Positions 8,509 through 18,494 of a stretch of DNA of 53,246 bases are shown piece by piece. The DNA is from a bacterium (GTDB lineage Bacteria; Patescibacteriota; Minisyncoccia; Phycocordibacterales; UBA2100), in the NCBI GenBank assembly GCA_021781955.1, contig JAJXVV010000005.1:1-53246 (forward strand), written 5' to 3'. The notes under the pieces are model-generated. The model was given only the letters and a program-made list of their open reading frames with translations. It had not been told where the DNA came from and ran no database searches. Every line of letters starts with the position of its first letter. Position 1 is the first letter of the stretch. Both the position numbers and the translations under genes were made by a program.

Positions 8509-8543
8509 AAAAACCGAATACCTCCCGGAGGGAGGTATTTCGG
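8509..8543 (-). terminator. Intrinsic terminator-like hairpin, possibly bidirectional
   Basis: 13-bp stem CCGAATACCTCCC / GGGAGGTATTTCGG with one bulge, followed by TTTTT on the minus strand. Confidence 0.65.
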
Positions 8544-8627
8544 CGACTTTCTTTGCGAGCCACACGATTACACGAATGTGTAGCACTCACGCTCGTCAGT
8601 ATACCGCATTTCCAAGAGCACGCGAGT

Positions 8628-8724
8628 GCGGCGATGTCTTTCAGGCGTGTCTCGCAGGCTGACGAGCCGAGAGGCAGCGCTGGCGCAGCAGCGCCAGACA
8701 GCGACGCCGGAAAGACATCGCCGC
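8628..8724. repeat. 97-bp element bounded by perfect 15-bp inverted repeats
   Basis: GCGGCGATGTCTTTC (8628-8642) and GAAAGACATCGCCGC (8710-8724), with internal hairpins including CTGGCGC-AGCA-GCGCCAG. Confidence 0.7.
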
Positions 8725-8732
8725 CGAGCGCC

Positions 8733-11084
8733 CTACTGCACTTTCGCCGTGCCGTTCTGTATCTGCTGTATCAAGCTGTCGGCCTGTGTTTTCACCGATG
8801 GCGATACCGCTTCCACTGCCTGCAAGGCCGCGATGGCGTCCGTCGGGTCTTTGGCGCCCACGTAGGCGGCCGCAAGCGTGAAGTAGCCTTGGATATCCGT
8901 CGGATCAGCCTGCACGTGTGCCTTCCATATCGTCGCTATCTTGCCGTACTCGCCGCGCGAAGCGTATGCTGCGGCAATGCGCGCGTCCGCCGCCTGCCCG
9001 GTCGGGATGACTGGCGCGAGGAGCTGATCGGCGAGCGCGTCGTTACCCATCGCGATCGCCTGCGCCGCGTACATGAGGCGCGCGTCGATATAGGCGGGTG
9101 CGAGCTCGTACGCTTGCTTGAAGCTCGCGAGCGCGAGCGCGCTGTTGCCGAGAGCTTGCTGCGTGATCCCGATCTGGAAGAGAATGGATTGCTTATCGGG
9201 CGAGAGCTCATGCGCCTTCTGGAGCGACGCGAGCCCATCGGCGTAATCGCCGTACGCGTCCTGCACGATACCGAGGAAGAGCGGGAAGCGCGCGTCGAGC
9301 GGGCTCATCGTTTCCTGCCGCTGCATCTCGGAAACCGCAGTCTGGAAGAATTGCTGCTTCGTCGACGCGTCGACGCCCGATACCGAGGCTATCTGCGAGG
9401 CCATTTGCGAGAGCTGCTCGCGCGCCTCCTGCATGCCGAAGGTGCGGTACGCGATTGATCGCTCGAAGAGCGCGAGATTCTGCGACGGGTTGCCCTGCGA
9501 CGAGAGCGCGGAGATGAGCGTGAGGTTGGCCAAGAGCGCGTTGCCATTGACGTACCACGCGGCGCCGGCGAAGAGGACGACGCCTACGACCGCCGTGAGC
9601 GGCAAGGCGGACGACGGCAAGAACCGACGCTCGCACAGCGGCCGCGCCTCGGTCGCGGCGGTCGCGCGATACACGATATACGCGAGCACGAACGCGAAGA
9701 GGATGTAGCTCGTGATGTTGTCGAAGACCGTCAGATTGTGCGCAAAGTAGCCAGCGAGAAGGCCCGTCAGCACGCTCTTCTCCGCGTCGGTGAATCCGCT
9801 CGCTTTTCTCCACAAGGCCAGGAGCGCGGCCGCGAAGATCGCGAGGTACGAGAGGAGCCCGAGCGTGCCGCCCGCGATCCACCAGTCGAAGACGATGTCG
9901 TGCACGCGATCGAACCACGGTTCGTCGGCGTACATGCGCGGATCGTAGTACTTGTCGAACACGATCGCGTAATTCTCCTGCCCCCAGCCAAGAATGGGAC
10001 GTTCCTGCACGCCCCTCCACGCGATGGACATGTTGGTGAAGCGCGAAGCGATCGTCGTATCGGTCGTCGAAATCGAGGCGAGGCGGTCGAGGAAGCCGAC
10101 GCTGTGCACGAACGAAGTATCACGCGCAAACCACAAGCCGCCGCCAAGGACGAGCACCGCGACGATCGAGCCGACGCTCCAGCGCCGCATGCGCTTCGAG
10201 GCGCTCGGCGTGAAAGAGTAGATGATGAGCGCCAAAAGCGCGCCGCCGATGAGTCCCAGCATCGTGCCGCGCGTGCCCGTGAAGAAGAGTGCGATAGTGT
10301 CGAACGCGATGACGAGCGCGAAGAAGTACTTACGCTCTGCAAGCATGAGCGCCCACACGCCCGCGACGAGGACGAGCGAGAAAAGAAGCGCGCCAAAGAC
10401 GGTCGCCGGGGCGAGCGACAGCGCCACGACGATGAGGCTCGCGACGATCGCGATCGGCGCGAGCCAGCGCTCCGTGGTATCCCATCCGTCGCGCCCCTCG
10501 ACGACCCATAGCCACGCGGCGATGAAGATGTTGAAGAGCATGTAGATCGCGAGGTAGATGGAGTTGCCGAAGGTCGCGTCGATGCGCGCCATGAGCCCGG
10601 CCGAACCGCCCTGGCCGAGCGAAAGGTCGCCCGCGATCTGCAAAAAGCCGTAGAGCGAGACGAACGCGGACACCACGAGCGTGACGAGCCAGAAACGCCG
10701 CCAGAGCTGTTCCGCGCGCATGACCGACGACGCGACCACGAGCAAGAGGAGCAAGTGAATGAGCGTCACCCAGCCGTCCATGCGCTCGTAGTTGCTCCAG
10801 AAACTCTTAAAGGGATTGACTCCCTGCGCGTCGGCTATCGCGATGATGAGCACGAAGAGCGAGAAGGCGCCAAGTATCCACGAGCGCTTGGGGCGATACG
10901 CGGGAGAAACGAGTGCAAGCGAAAGCCACAGCGCGGTGATGAGCTCAACGATGATGCGAAAGGCGAAGTTCTTGCCGGTGATGTAGGGGAAGAAGAGCTG
11001 GTCGGCGACGATAAGACAAATAAAAGGAAAAGCGAACAGGCCCGCAATAATGGTCCTGCGCAGGACCTTTTCCAAAGTGGTCAT
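8733..11084 (-). CDS. O-antigen ligase / O-oligosaccharyltransferase-family polytopic membrane protein with C-terminal TPR region
   Basis: Many TM helices, SFWSNYERMDGW, RIDATFGNSIYLAIY, FTGTRG, RPILGWGQENY, DRVHDIVFD (Wzy_C-like H motif), followed by TPR-like helical repeats. Confidence 0.85.
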   Translation of the reverse strand: MTTLEKVLRRTIIAGLFAFPFICLIVADQLFFPYITGKNFAFRIIVELITALWLSLALVSPAYRPKRSWILGAFSLFVLIIAIADAQGVNPFKSFWSNYERMDGWVTLIHLLLLLVVASSVMRAEQLWRRFWLVTLVVSAFVSLYGFLQIAGDLSLGQGGSAGLMARIDATFGNSIYLAIYMLFNIFIAAWLWVVEGRDGWDTTERWLAPIAIVASLIVVALSLAPATVFGALLFSLVLVAGVWALMLAERKYFFALVIAFDTIALFFTGTRGTMLGLIGGALLALIIYSFTPSASKRMRRWSVGSIVAVLVLGGGLWFARDTSFVHSVGFLDRLASISTTDTTIASRFTNMSIAWRGVQERPILGWGQENYAIVFDKYYDPRMYADEPWFDRVHDIVFDWWIAGGTLGLLSYLAIFAAALLALWRKASGFTDAEKSVLTGLLAGYFAHNLTVFDNITSYILFAFVLAYIVYRATAATEARPLCERRFLPSSALPLTAVVGVVLFAGAAWYVNGNALLANLTLISALSSQGNPSQNLALFERSIAYRTFGMQEAREQLSQMASQIASVSGVDASTKQQFFQTAVSEMQRQETMSPLDARFPLFLGIVQDAYGDYADGLASLQKAHELSPDKQSILFQIGITQQALGNSALALASFKQAYELAPAYIDARLMYAAQAIAMGNDALADQLLAPVIPTGQAADARIAAAYASRGEYGKIATIWKAHVQADPTDIQGYFTLAAAYVGAKDPTDAIAALQAVEAVSPSVKTQADSLIQQIQNGTAKVQ

Positions 11085-11151
11085 GGGGCGATTCTACCAC
11101 GCGCGCCCTGGCACGCTAGCGCGGCCCGAGGGGGCGGGCTACTATAGGCCG

Positions 11152-12420
11152 ATGGACGCTTTGCAGGAGCGCGCGATACGATTCTTGCGCTGGAGCGAGC
11201 AATACACCAAGACCGACATGGTCTACCTCGCCTCGGGCGGTTTGTGGTCGGTACTCGGACAAGTCTCGGCTTCGGTCATCGCCCTCGGGCTCGCGATGCT
11301 CATGGCGCGGTTCGTTCCCAAAGACGCGTACGGCAGCTACAAGTACGTGCTCGCGACCATCTCCATCCTCGCGAGCTTCTCGCTCACCGGCGTCGGCACC
11401 GCCGTCTTCCAATCGATCGCGCACGGCTATCGCAGCGCGCTCGACGACGGCTTCAAGGCCAACCTCCGCTGGAGCGGTCTCGTCTTTCTCGGTGCGCTCC
11501 TAGGCGGGGTCTACTATCTCTTTCACGGCAACACGACCGTCGGCATCGGCATCCTCTTCGGGGGCTGCGCGACGCCGTTCCTCTCGAGCTACAACCTCTA
11601 CCTCTCGCTTCTCATGGGCGAAAAGGATTTCAAGGCGTCCGCATGGTACGGCGACTTCGTCACCAACATCATCCCCGCGCTCGTGCTCGGGCTCGTCGCC
11701 TACTTCGCACCGCAGCCGCTCTACCTCGTGCTCGCGTACTTCGCCGCGAATACCGCCGCGACCGCCTACGCGTACTATCGCTCCAAGCAAACATATCCCG
11801 ACACCGAGAAAAAGCACGACCCCGGCATGCTCACCTATGGCAAGCACCTCAGCGCTATGGGCATTCTCGGAGGCATCGCCAGCAACATCGACCAGGTCCT
11901 CCTCTTCCACTTCGTCGGCCCCATCGACCTCGCCATCTACAATTTCGCCATCGCGATACCGGACCAGCTCAAGGGACCCGTCAAAATGCTCGACTCAATG
12001 CTGCAAGCGGGTTTCGCCGTACGCTCCGATGGCGAGATACGGGCGAGCATGTACATAAAAATGATCTGGCTCTTTATCTCAGGCGCTCTCATCGTAGTCA
12101 CATACATTCTCCTCGCTCCTTTCGTTTTCTACGTACTGTTCCCGAAATACCTCGATGCAGTCCTTTACTCCCAGATCTACGTTCTCTCGTGGCTCGCGAT
12201 CGGACTAACCCCAAGTAGCTCGTTTCTCACAATTAAGAAAAAGGTGAAAGGCTTGTACATAAGTACAATGCTAGGCAACACTTTCAAGATCGTCGTGATG
12301 GTGATCGGCGTCCTCTATGGTGGACTCATGGGGCTTATAATCTCCCGAGTCGTCGCCCGCATTTTCGGCGCCATTGTGAACTACATGTTGTTCAGTGTCA
12401 CGGCGCTGCGAGAAAACTAA
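11152..12420 (+). CDS. Oligosaccharide flippase (Wzx/MATE-like polysaccharide transporter)
   Basis: About 12 hydrophobic segments, TKTDMVYLASGGLW, YGSYKYVL, LTYGKHLS, SNIDQVLL, LAIYNFA. Start moved to MDALQERAI (11152). Confidence 0.88.
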   Translation: MDALQERAIRFLRWSEQYTKTDMVYLASGGLWSVLGQVSASVIALGLAMLMARFVPKDAYGSYKYVLATISILASFSLTGVGTAVFQSIAHGYRSALDDGFKANLRWSGLVFLGALLGGVYYLFHGNTTVGIGILFGGCATPFLSSYNLYLSLLMGEKDFKASAWYGDFVTNIIPALVLGLVAYFAPQPLYLVLAYFAANTAATAYAYYRSKQTYPDTEKKHDPGMLTYGKHLSAMGILGGIASNIDQVLLFHFVGPIDLAIYNFAIAIPDQLKGPVKMLDSMLQAGFAVRSDGEIRASMYIKMIWLFISGALIVVTYILLAPFVFYVLFPKYLDAVLYSQIYVLSWLAIGLTPSSSFLTIKKKVKGLYISTMLGNTFKIVVMVIGVLYGGLMGLIISRVVARIFGAIVNYMLFSVTALREN

Positions 12421-12428
12421 GCCGGCCA

Positions 12429-13295
12429 CTATTGTCTCTCACCAATGAGAAAGAAATTGCCCGGAGCGTGTCGGATCGGAACTGATTTCCACGAGAGGCC
12501 AGGTGCCTGAGGACGCAACGTCTTGAAGAATATCTCGTTATCAACGTCTTGAAACTTCGCCTGGTAAGCTATAAGAACGTATTGAGACCCCTTGATCAAG
12601 GGAATCATTTTCTTGCGGACTTCGAGCGGCGACTCACTGAGCGACCATGCTGCCAAAAAAAGATCTGGGTGGGGTACGATTCGACGATCTGTAAAATCTG
12701 AAACAAATTCGATGCTCTCACCTTTGTTCATATGTTCGAGAAAGAATTCCTGAAGCAACAAAAACTCAGGCAAGTCGAAGATTATGTACGTTCCATTGAA
12801 TCCAAGTTGCGAGAAAAGACGCGCGGTGCTGCCGTAGCCTCCCCCGAACTCAAAAACCGTCTTTAGTCGCTGCGTTATACACGTTGTGTTCTGTTCTAAT
12901 GCCCAGAGTGCATATGCGTGATGTATCAAATTACCACTACTCTCGGGCAAGGCCGGGTAACGCTGCGGAAACCCAGCGGGACTTTCCAGTATCGCTTGGC
13001 GCCACATACCCCACGAGGGCGCACTTTGCAGCGCAGCAAGCTCGGCAGGATGACCTGGGTAAAACATCGTATGCTGGATGACTGGCCAACGGAGAAAATA
13101 TCGAGGGTCTTTTGCAGAAACGGAGTTACGAACGGTTTGCCGAAACTCAGTCCACGCTCGTTCTGGCTTCGTTGCAGTCGAAGAGATTGTCAGTGCTGGC
13201 AAAGCGTTCATCTTCTCTCGAAGAGTACGAATTGCCTTTCGTTCGCGCGCAGTAGGAGGATGTACAACTTGATGGAATCGATCGCGCCATCCCAT
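12429..13295 (-). CDS. Putative sugar O-methyltransferase
   Basis: SGNLIHHAY, VFEFGGGYGSTAR, YIIFDLPE, FLAAWSLSE; located in the glycan locus. Confidence 0.7.
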   Translation of the reverse strand: MGWRDRFHQVVHPPTARERKAIRTLREKMNALPALTISSTATKPERAWTEFRQTVRNSVSAKDPRYFLRWPVIQHTMFYPGHPAELAALQSAPSWGMWRQAILESPAGFPQRYPALPESSGNLIHHAYALWALEQNTTCITQRLKTVFEFGGGYGSTARLFSQLGFNGTYIIFDLPEFLLLQEFFLEHMNKGESIEFVSDFTDRRIVPHPDLFLAAWSLSESPLEVRKKMIPLIKGSQYVLIAYQAKFQDVDNEIFFKTLRPQAPGLSWKSVPIRHAPGNFFLIGERQ

Positions 13296-13297
13296 AT

Positions 13298-14059
13298 CTA
13301 CTCAGATTTCTCGAACCGAGCTTTCATGCGCTCTTGCCAAACGGTTCGGTCGACGAAAATGGTATTCAAGTACGTGTCGCCGAAGACGAAGTAGCCGTTC
13401 GCTTCCATGTGCTCCCCTATCTCGGCAATCTTGTGCGAGTGCCCATGCTCATCGTACGAAAGCGTCTCAACACAAAAGATGAGAGGCCGACAACGAGTGA
13501 AGTCGATGCTCTCCAATATTTCAAGGTCGGTGCCCTCGGTATCGAGCGATACCAGGTCGGGCGCCGCGTCAAAATGGTCGCGCACCAAATCCATGAAAGG
13601 TACGACCGGCACTTCGACCTCTTGCGTGATGTGATGTTTGCTTGTCGTGGCGAACACTTCCGCTTGCGGAAGCGATATCGTACTCAAGAGAGGATCGGAG
13701 ACGACATGCAAGACCGCGGTCCCTGCCGTCGACCCAACCGCAACTTCAAGCATCTCATCGCGCGGTCGTTTGCGTTTGAAGACGCTTGCAAGCTTCGGGT
13801 TCGGCTCGACGCACACCCCACGAAACCCCTGTCGATATAAACGATAGGTATTGCTGAGGAATACGGGATCGTTGGCCCCGATGTCGAGGTACGTTGGCCG
13901 TTCGATCGCCAGGTGCCGCAAGACGGAGTGAACGATGAGGTCTTCTCCTGTTTGGGAGTAACTCACTTTCGCGTCGCCGCTCAAGCGGGAAAGCCTCTCG
14001 GTTGCCGTATGGAAGTACATCGGGTACGTGATTGGTTTCAACAGATTCTTCCAATTCAT
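13298..14059 (-). CDS. FkbM-family methyltransferase
   Basis: YSQTGEDL, YLDIGANDP..SNT, GVCVEPNP, LVSLDTEGTDLEIL. Start moved to MNWKNLLKP. Confidence 0.88.
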   Translation of the reverse strand: MNWKNLLKPITYPMYFHTATERLSRLSGDAKVSYSQTGEDLIVHSVLRHLAIERPTYLDIGANDPVFLSNTYRLYRQGFRGVCVEPNPKLASVFKRKRPRDEMLEVAVGSTAGTAVLHVVSDPLLSTISLPQAEVFATTSKHHITQEVEVPVVPFMDLVRDHFDAAPDLVSLDTEGTDLEILESIDFTRCRPLIFCVETLSYDEHGHSHKIAEIGEHMEANGYFVFGDTYLNTIFVDRTVWQERMKARFEKSE

Positions 14060-14067
14060 ACGATACA

Positions 14068-14925
14068 CTAGTCGCTGATGGAGCGAACATACTCGGGAAG
14101 CGAGCGTCGTGCTCGCCAACCGATCGCGTGCGACTTCGTCGTGTCAAGGGTCGAATCCATGCGGTTGCCGGGACGCGAGGGAACGACGACGACCTCACCG
14201 CCGAACATGTTCGCAAGATCGAGGATAGAGTACGCTTCGGACGAACCGAGTCCGAACTCTTCCCCCTCCCCTTTCTCGCCAACGAGCAGCAAGCCGTCGA
14301 TGATGTCATCGACATGGGTGAAGTTGCGCCTCTGCATACCGGGCGAAGCGACCGTAAGCGGTTCTCCTTTGAGCCGTTTCTGCCTGAAGATCTCCACGAC
14401 GGTTCCATACCTGCCAGCGCGCTCGCCCGGTCCATACACGTTGTAGAAATAGGTGATCGCGAAAGGCAGGCCGTACCATGCGGCGTAGTTCTTGACGAGC
14501 TCGGTGTTCGCCGCCTTGGTCCATGCGTACGGAGTGGCGACACGCGCGAGGCCGCCGTCGCCGAATTTCGTTGATGAACCGGCGTACACGAGCTTGCACT
14601 TTTTCTGTCTCCAAAATTCGAGCACGCCGAAGCTGCCTGCAGCATTGAGGTCCCAAACGACGTGCGGCTCTTCGAGGCTCTGTTCGACGCGGGCATACTC
14701 TCCAAGATGGTACACGATATCCGGTCCCTCCGGGATATGCTGCACAATATCCTTCGTGTGCCCTTCGCGATACTCAACGCCGCCGATATGATTCTCGGGC
14801 GAGCCCGTGAAGTAATTGTCGAGCGATATGACGCAATGACCTTGGCGATGGAGTACCCCGCACAAACGAGAGCCCACGAAGCCGGCGCCGCCGGTGACCA
14901 CGATCGTCTTCTGTGCGTTCGCCAT
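14068..14925 (-). CDS. NAD-dependent epimerase/dehydratase (extended SDR)
   Basis: VVTGGAGFVGSRL, YAGSSTKFG, YAWTK (YxxxK), YNVYGPGE, RNFTHVDD. Confidence 0.9.
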   Translation of the reverse strand: MANAQKTIVVTGGAGFVGSRLCGVLHRQGHCVISLDNYFTGSPENHIGGVEYREGHTKDIVQHIPEGPDIVYHLGEYARVEQSLEEPHVVWDLNAAGSFGVLEFWRQKKCKLVYAGSSTKFGDGGLARVATPYAWTKAANTELVKNYAAWYGLPFAITYFYNVYGPGERAGRYGTVVEIFRQKRLKGEPLTVASPGMQRRNFTHVDDIIDGLLLVGEKGEGEEFGLGSSEAYSILDLANMFGGEVVVVPSRPGNRMDSTLDTTKSHAIGWRARRSLPEYVRSISD

Positions 14926-14956
14926 GTGCGCAAGTCTAACCGCCATCACCCGTTTT

Positions 14957-15769
14957 TCAAACTTGCCGAGGACGCAGCATCGTCTTCAACTTGTACTCGA
15001 CCCGATACAAGTGCCGGAACGCTTCTCCGATGAATGGCAAGCGGCGCAGGCTGCGTCGCAGGTACGTCGAGTATTTCTCGATCGACCGCTTCGTGAGGTC
15101 TACATCGACATGTTCGCGGCGAAAGAGATGTACGGCTTCCCACGTCCACAAGCGTTTCGAAATACCGGTGCACACGTATTCAAAGACCGGCGAGACACTC
15201 CCCCATCTGGACTTCCGATACACCGAAAGGAACGGCTCGGGTAAGGTGTCCGACACTTTCGACCCCTCGTGTTCCGTCGCCCACGGATCCTTCTTCATGA
15301 CCTTTCGCAGCACTTCTTTGTCCCACATCGTTGCCTGGGTCGACATCCGGTACGGCGTCCCGCGGACGACCTCGCCGACACCTCGATACTCTCTGTACGG
15401 CACTTGCGGGGCGGGATCGGGGTACAAACGGACGCTGCCGACCCGATCCGAAACAAGGATCTCAAAGAGCTCGCGAACGCGAGCCGTATCGACCCGCTCT
15501 TTCAAAAAATAATCCTCTTGCACGTACAAGACATAGAGCTGCGGCACGGTATCCAGCGCCTTCGCGAGACGCACGCCCCAGCTCGCATCGTTGACGGCGA
15601 TCGTCTGCACGCGCTGATCATCGTAGCGCTTCGATTCGGTGATGAGGTAGATCGGGTAGGGACAATCGGACCAGTAGCGGAAGAGAAGCGTGAAGAACGG
15701 GTGCCATGCATCGCTGTAGGCGTCGCACGAGGAGACGAGCACTGCGAGACGCTCGTCGGCCGCGCTCAT
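14957..15769 (-). CDS. Putative glycosyltransferase-like protein
   Basis: [30 protein letters not shown] (xED motif), [10 protein letters not shown]; ATGA overlap with the upstream gene. Confidence 0.6.
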   Translation of the reverse strand: MSAADERLAVLVSSCDAYSDAWHPFFTLLFRYWSDCPYPIYLITESKRYDDQRVQTIAVNDASWGVRLAKALDTVPQLYVLYVQEDYFLKERVDTARVRELFEILVSDRVGSVRLYPDPAPQVPYREYRGVGEVVRGTPYRMSTQATMWDKEVLRKVMKKDPWATEHEGSKVSDTLPEPFLSVYRKSRWGSVSPVFEYVCTGISKRLWTWEAVHLFRREHVDVDLTKRSIEKYSTYLRRSLRRLPFIGEAFRHLYRVEYKLKTMLRPRQV

Positions 15770-16818
15770 GATGCGCTCGCACCGCTGACGAGGTCCTTGA
15801 GGATCGCCGTCATGTCGTACTGGTACCTCCATTCTGGATAGTGCTGCTGGAACTTCGATACGTCGGAGACATACCAGATATGGTCGCCGATGCGGTTCTC
15901 CTCGCTATACTCGACCACCGCTTTCTTTCCGGTCATCTTCTCAACGGCGCTGATCGCTTCGAGCATCGAGATATTGGAGTGCCGTCCACCGCCCGCGTTG
16001 TACACTTCGCCCGCACGCGGCGCCTGGTGGTAGTGCCAGAACATGTTGACCAGATCATGGGCATGGATGTTGTCGCGCACCTGCTTCCCTTTGTAGCCAA
16101 GAATCGTGTATTTCTCGCCACGCACGACGCATTTCACGAGGTAGGCGAGAAAGCCGTGTAGCTTCGCCGCGCTGTGCGCAGGCCCGGTGAGGCAGCCACC
16201 ACGAAAGACACTCGTATGAAGATTGAAGTAGCGTCCGTACTCTTGCACCATGACGTCGGCCGCGACTTTCGACGCGCCGAAGACGCTGTGGGTCGTCTGG
16301 TCGATGCTCATCGACTCGTCGATGCCGTTTTGATACCGGTGATTCGGATCGATCTCGTACCGCGTCTCGAGTTCGACGAGAGGAAGGTCGTTGGGCGTAT
16401 CGCCGTATACTTTGTTCGTCGAGGTGAAGATGAACGTCGCCTTCGGCGCGAATTTCCGGAGATTCTCGAGCATAACGAGCGTTCCGACGGCGTTCACGCC
16501 GAAGTCGGTCATCGGCTCGCGCGCCGCCCAGTCATGGCTCGGCTGCGCCGCCGTATGCACGATGATATCGAATTCATGTTCCTTGAAGAGCTTCTCGACC
16601 GCGTCGTTGTCACGGATATCGATCGCGTGCGATTCGTACGAATCGCCGAGCTTCTGCTTGAGGCGGTCGTTATTCGGCGCCGTGCTCGCGCTGTCGCCGA
16701 AAAAATACTTCCGCATGTCGTTGTCGACGCCGACGATGCGGTACCCCTTTTCCGCGAAGAATGCCGCTGTCTCCGAGCCGATGAGGCCGGCCGATCCTGT
16801 GACAAGAGCTGTTTTCAT
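15766..16818 (-). CDS. NAD-dependent epimerase, CDP-paratose 2-epimerase-like
   Basis: [63 protein letters not shown]. True start at 16818. Confidence 0.88.
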   Translation of the reverse strand: MKTALVTGSAGLIGSETAAFFAEKGYRIVGVDNDMRKYFFGDSASTAPNNDRLKQKLGDSYESHAIDIRDNDAVEKLFKEHEFDIIVHTAAQPSHDWAAREPMTDFGVNAVGTLVMLENLRKFAPKATFIFTSTNKVYGDTPNDLPLVELETRYEIDPNHRYQNGIDESMSIDQTTHSVFGASKVAADVMVQEYGRYFNLHTSVFRGGCLTGPAHSAAKLHGFLAYLVKCVVRGEKYTILGYKGKQVRDNIHAHDLVNMFWHYHQAPRAGEVYNAGGGRHSNISMLEAISAVEKMTGKKAVVEYSEENRIGDHIWYVSDVSKFQQHYPEWRYQYDMTAILKDLVSGASAS

Positions 16819-16834
16819 AGCAACGTGTGGTCGA

Positions 16835-17668
16835 TTATACCGCGGCAAAACGAGACCGCGCAATCCAGAAAAGACCGGCCGGATCGCCGTAGCGAAGCAT
16901 CGTTTTGCCGATACGTGCGTAGTAATCGCGCAGCACGGCGGGCCGCTTCGAAAGCTCGGCGCGATGCTCCTGCACGAAGAGCCGCCACGCCTTTGCGAAC
17001 TGTCGCGGCCAGCGTTTGTACGGTTCCTTGCTGAGATGCTCGTAGGTCCCGGTGTACCGTCTGTCGATAGGAACGTTGAGGTATAAGAATTTCTTGCCCT
17101 CTTTCGCGAGCTTCGCGAAGAATGCCGATTCGAACCCATTGACGTACTCGAAGAAGGCGTACCCCTCAGCGAAGATAGAGCGGCGCACGCAATAGTGTAT
17201 GTCACCGACGACATGGTCCTTAAAGAGGATCTCCGGGTACGTTGGATGTTGCTCGCGCCACTGTTCGCCGACACGGTAGCCGCGGAGCTGCATCGCTCCG
17301 CCCACTTCCCGATACGTCATAAAACCGACGACATCGACATCAGCCGGCACACTGCGAAGCGAAGCGAGCACCTGCGGGACGCCGCCTTCTACATACTCGT
17401 CATCGCTATCGAGCAAACTGATCCACTCGCCGCTCGCACGTTCGATACCACGATTGCGCGCATAGTTCACTCCCCTGTTCTCGGGCAACGTTACCGCTAT
17501 GATCGATGGGTTCTCTTTTTGCAGCGCGGCAACGACCTCTGGCGTTAGGTCGCGCGATCCGTCATCTACGATGACGATCTCCGCATTGCTGTCGCGCGGA
17601 ATGCTCCCCACCGCCCGAGACAAAACGTTGGCCCGGTCGAACACAGGAACAACAATGCTAAGCTCCAT
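16835..17668 (-). CDS. Glycosyltransferase family 2
   Basis: [40 protein letters not shown]. Confidence 0.92.
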   Translation of the reverse strand: MELSIVVPVFDRANVLSRAVGSIPRDSNAEIVIVDDGSRDLTPEVVAALQKENPSIIAVTLPENRGVNYARNRGIERASGEWISLLDSDDEYVEGGVPQVLASLRSVPADVDVVGFMTYREVGGAMQLRGYRVGEQWREQHPTYPEILFKDHVVGDIHYCVRRSIFAEGYAFFEYVNGFESAFFAKLAKEGKKFLYLNVPIDRRYTGTYEHLSKEPYKRWPRQFAKAWRLFVQEHRAELSKRPAVLRDYYARIGKTMLRYGDPAGLFWIARSRFAAV

Positions 17669-17671
17669 GGA

Positions 17672-18472
17672 TCACTTCTCTATCACGTATAGAGTTCCGT
17701 AACCGCAGTCTCGCAGCACGAGCGCGCCGCGGTATCTGTTGAGGAACCGGACGGCCGGCTCGAGAAAGGTGAAGTACGGCAAGCAAAGACTATCAGCCTC
17801 ATACCTGACGAGCCGGAGGCCGAGTCGCCGCACCTTGCGCTTCATGATCCATGGAAACCGGAAGACGTGAGGCACATCGGCGCCGCCATAGGTCTCATTG
17901 ACACCCTCACGGCCGAGAATGAGCGCGCCGAGCATCCGCAAGAAACCCCATATAAACGCCGCGAACGAACGCTGGCCCTTGAGGTAGAACCACCCGCGCC
18001 CCACCTGCACCCACGAGCACGGGCTCAGCACCGTGGGTATGGCGGCGGCGACCCTGCCTTTCGATACACGCGCCATCTCGGCAAGTCCCTTGTCGAAATC
18101 CGGTAAATGCTCGAGCACGTGCGAGCTGACGACCAGATCGAACGAATTGTCCGGGAAGTCCAGGTTCTCGAGATCGCCGGTGCTGAACTCGACACTCTGG
18201 ACACTCTCATGCTCTGCAAGTTTTTTGCACGCAGCGATGTTCGGTTCCGAAATATCGACACCGATGACCTGCGCACCCTTCTTGGCCATCAGGATCGATA
18301 GATTGCCCTCGCCGCACCCCGCATCGAGCACGCGCATGCCGGGCTTCACATAGGCAAGCACCGCATCGTGTTGTGCCTGGTGCACCGTTTTTCGCAGGAG
18401 GTACGGAGAGTTAATCCGCTTTTCACTGATCGTATCAGCATGATGTACGTAGAAGCTTTTTATATCATCCAT
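17672..18472 (-). CDS. Class I SAM-dependent methyltransferase
   Basis: RVLDAGCGEG, VIGVDIS, FDLVVSSHVLEH. Confidence 0.9.
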   Translation of the reverse strand: MDDIKSFYVHHADTISEKRINSPYLLRKTVHQAQHDAVLAYVKPGMRVLDAGCGEGNLSILMAKKGAQVIGVDISEPNIAACKKLAEHESVQSVEFSTGDLENLDFPDNSFDLVVSSHVLEHLPDFDKGLAEMARVSKGRVAAAIPTVLSPCSWVQVGRGWFYLKGQRSFAAFIWGFLRMLGALILGREGVNETYGGADVPHVFRFPWIMKRKVRRLGLRLVRYEADSLCLPYFTFLEPAVRFLNRYRGALVLRDCGYGTLYVIEK

Positions 18473-18494
18473 AGCGAGCCGCTTGGGTGCCTAA

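Noticed and set aside
8650-8700. SRP (4.5S) RNA or fluoride riboswitch resemblance (GCC-GAGA-GGC-AGC; GGCGATG)
   Set aside because: The CAGG/AGCA symmetric loop is not in register with the tetraloop, and the CGCC partner and AAAC linker of the fluoride aptamer are absent.
8628-8724. Possible type III hammerhead ribozyme (CTGACGA at about 8659-8665, GAAA at 8710-8713, long stem III)
   Set aside because: Stem I cannot form between the would-be cleavage site and CTGACGA, and stem II is not closed by the G-C pair required before GAAA.
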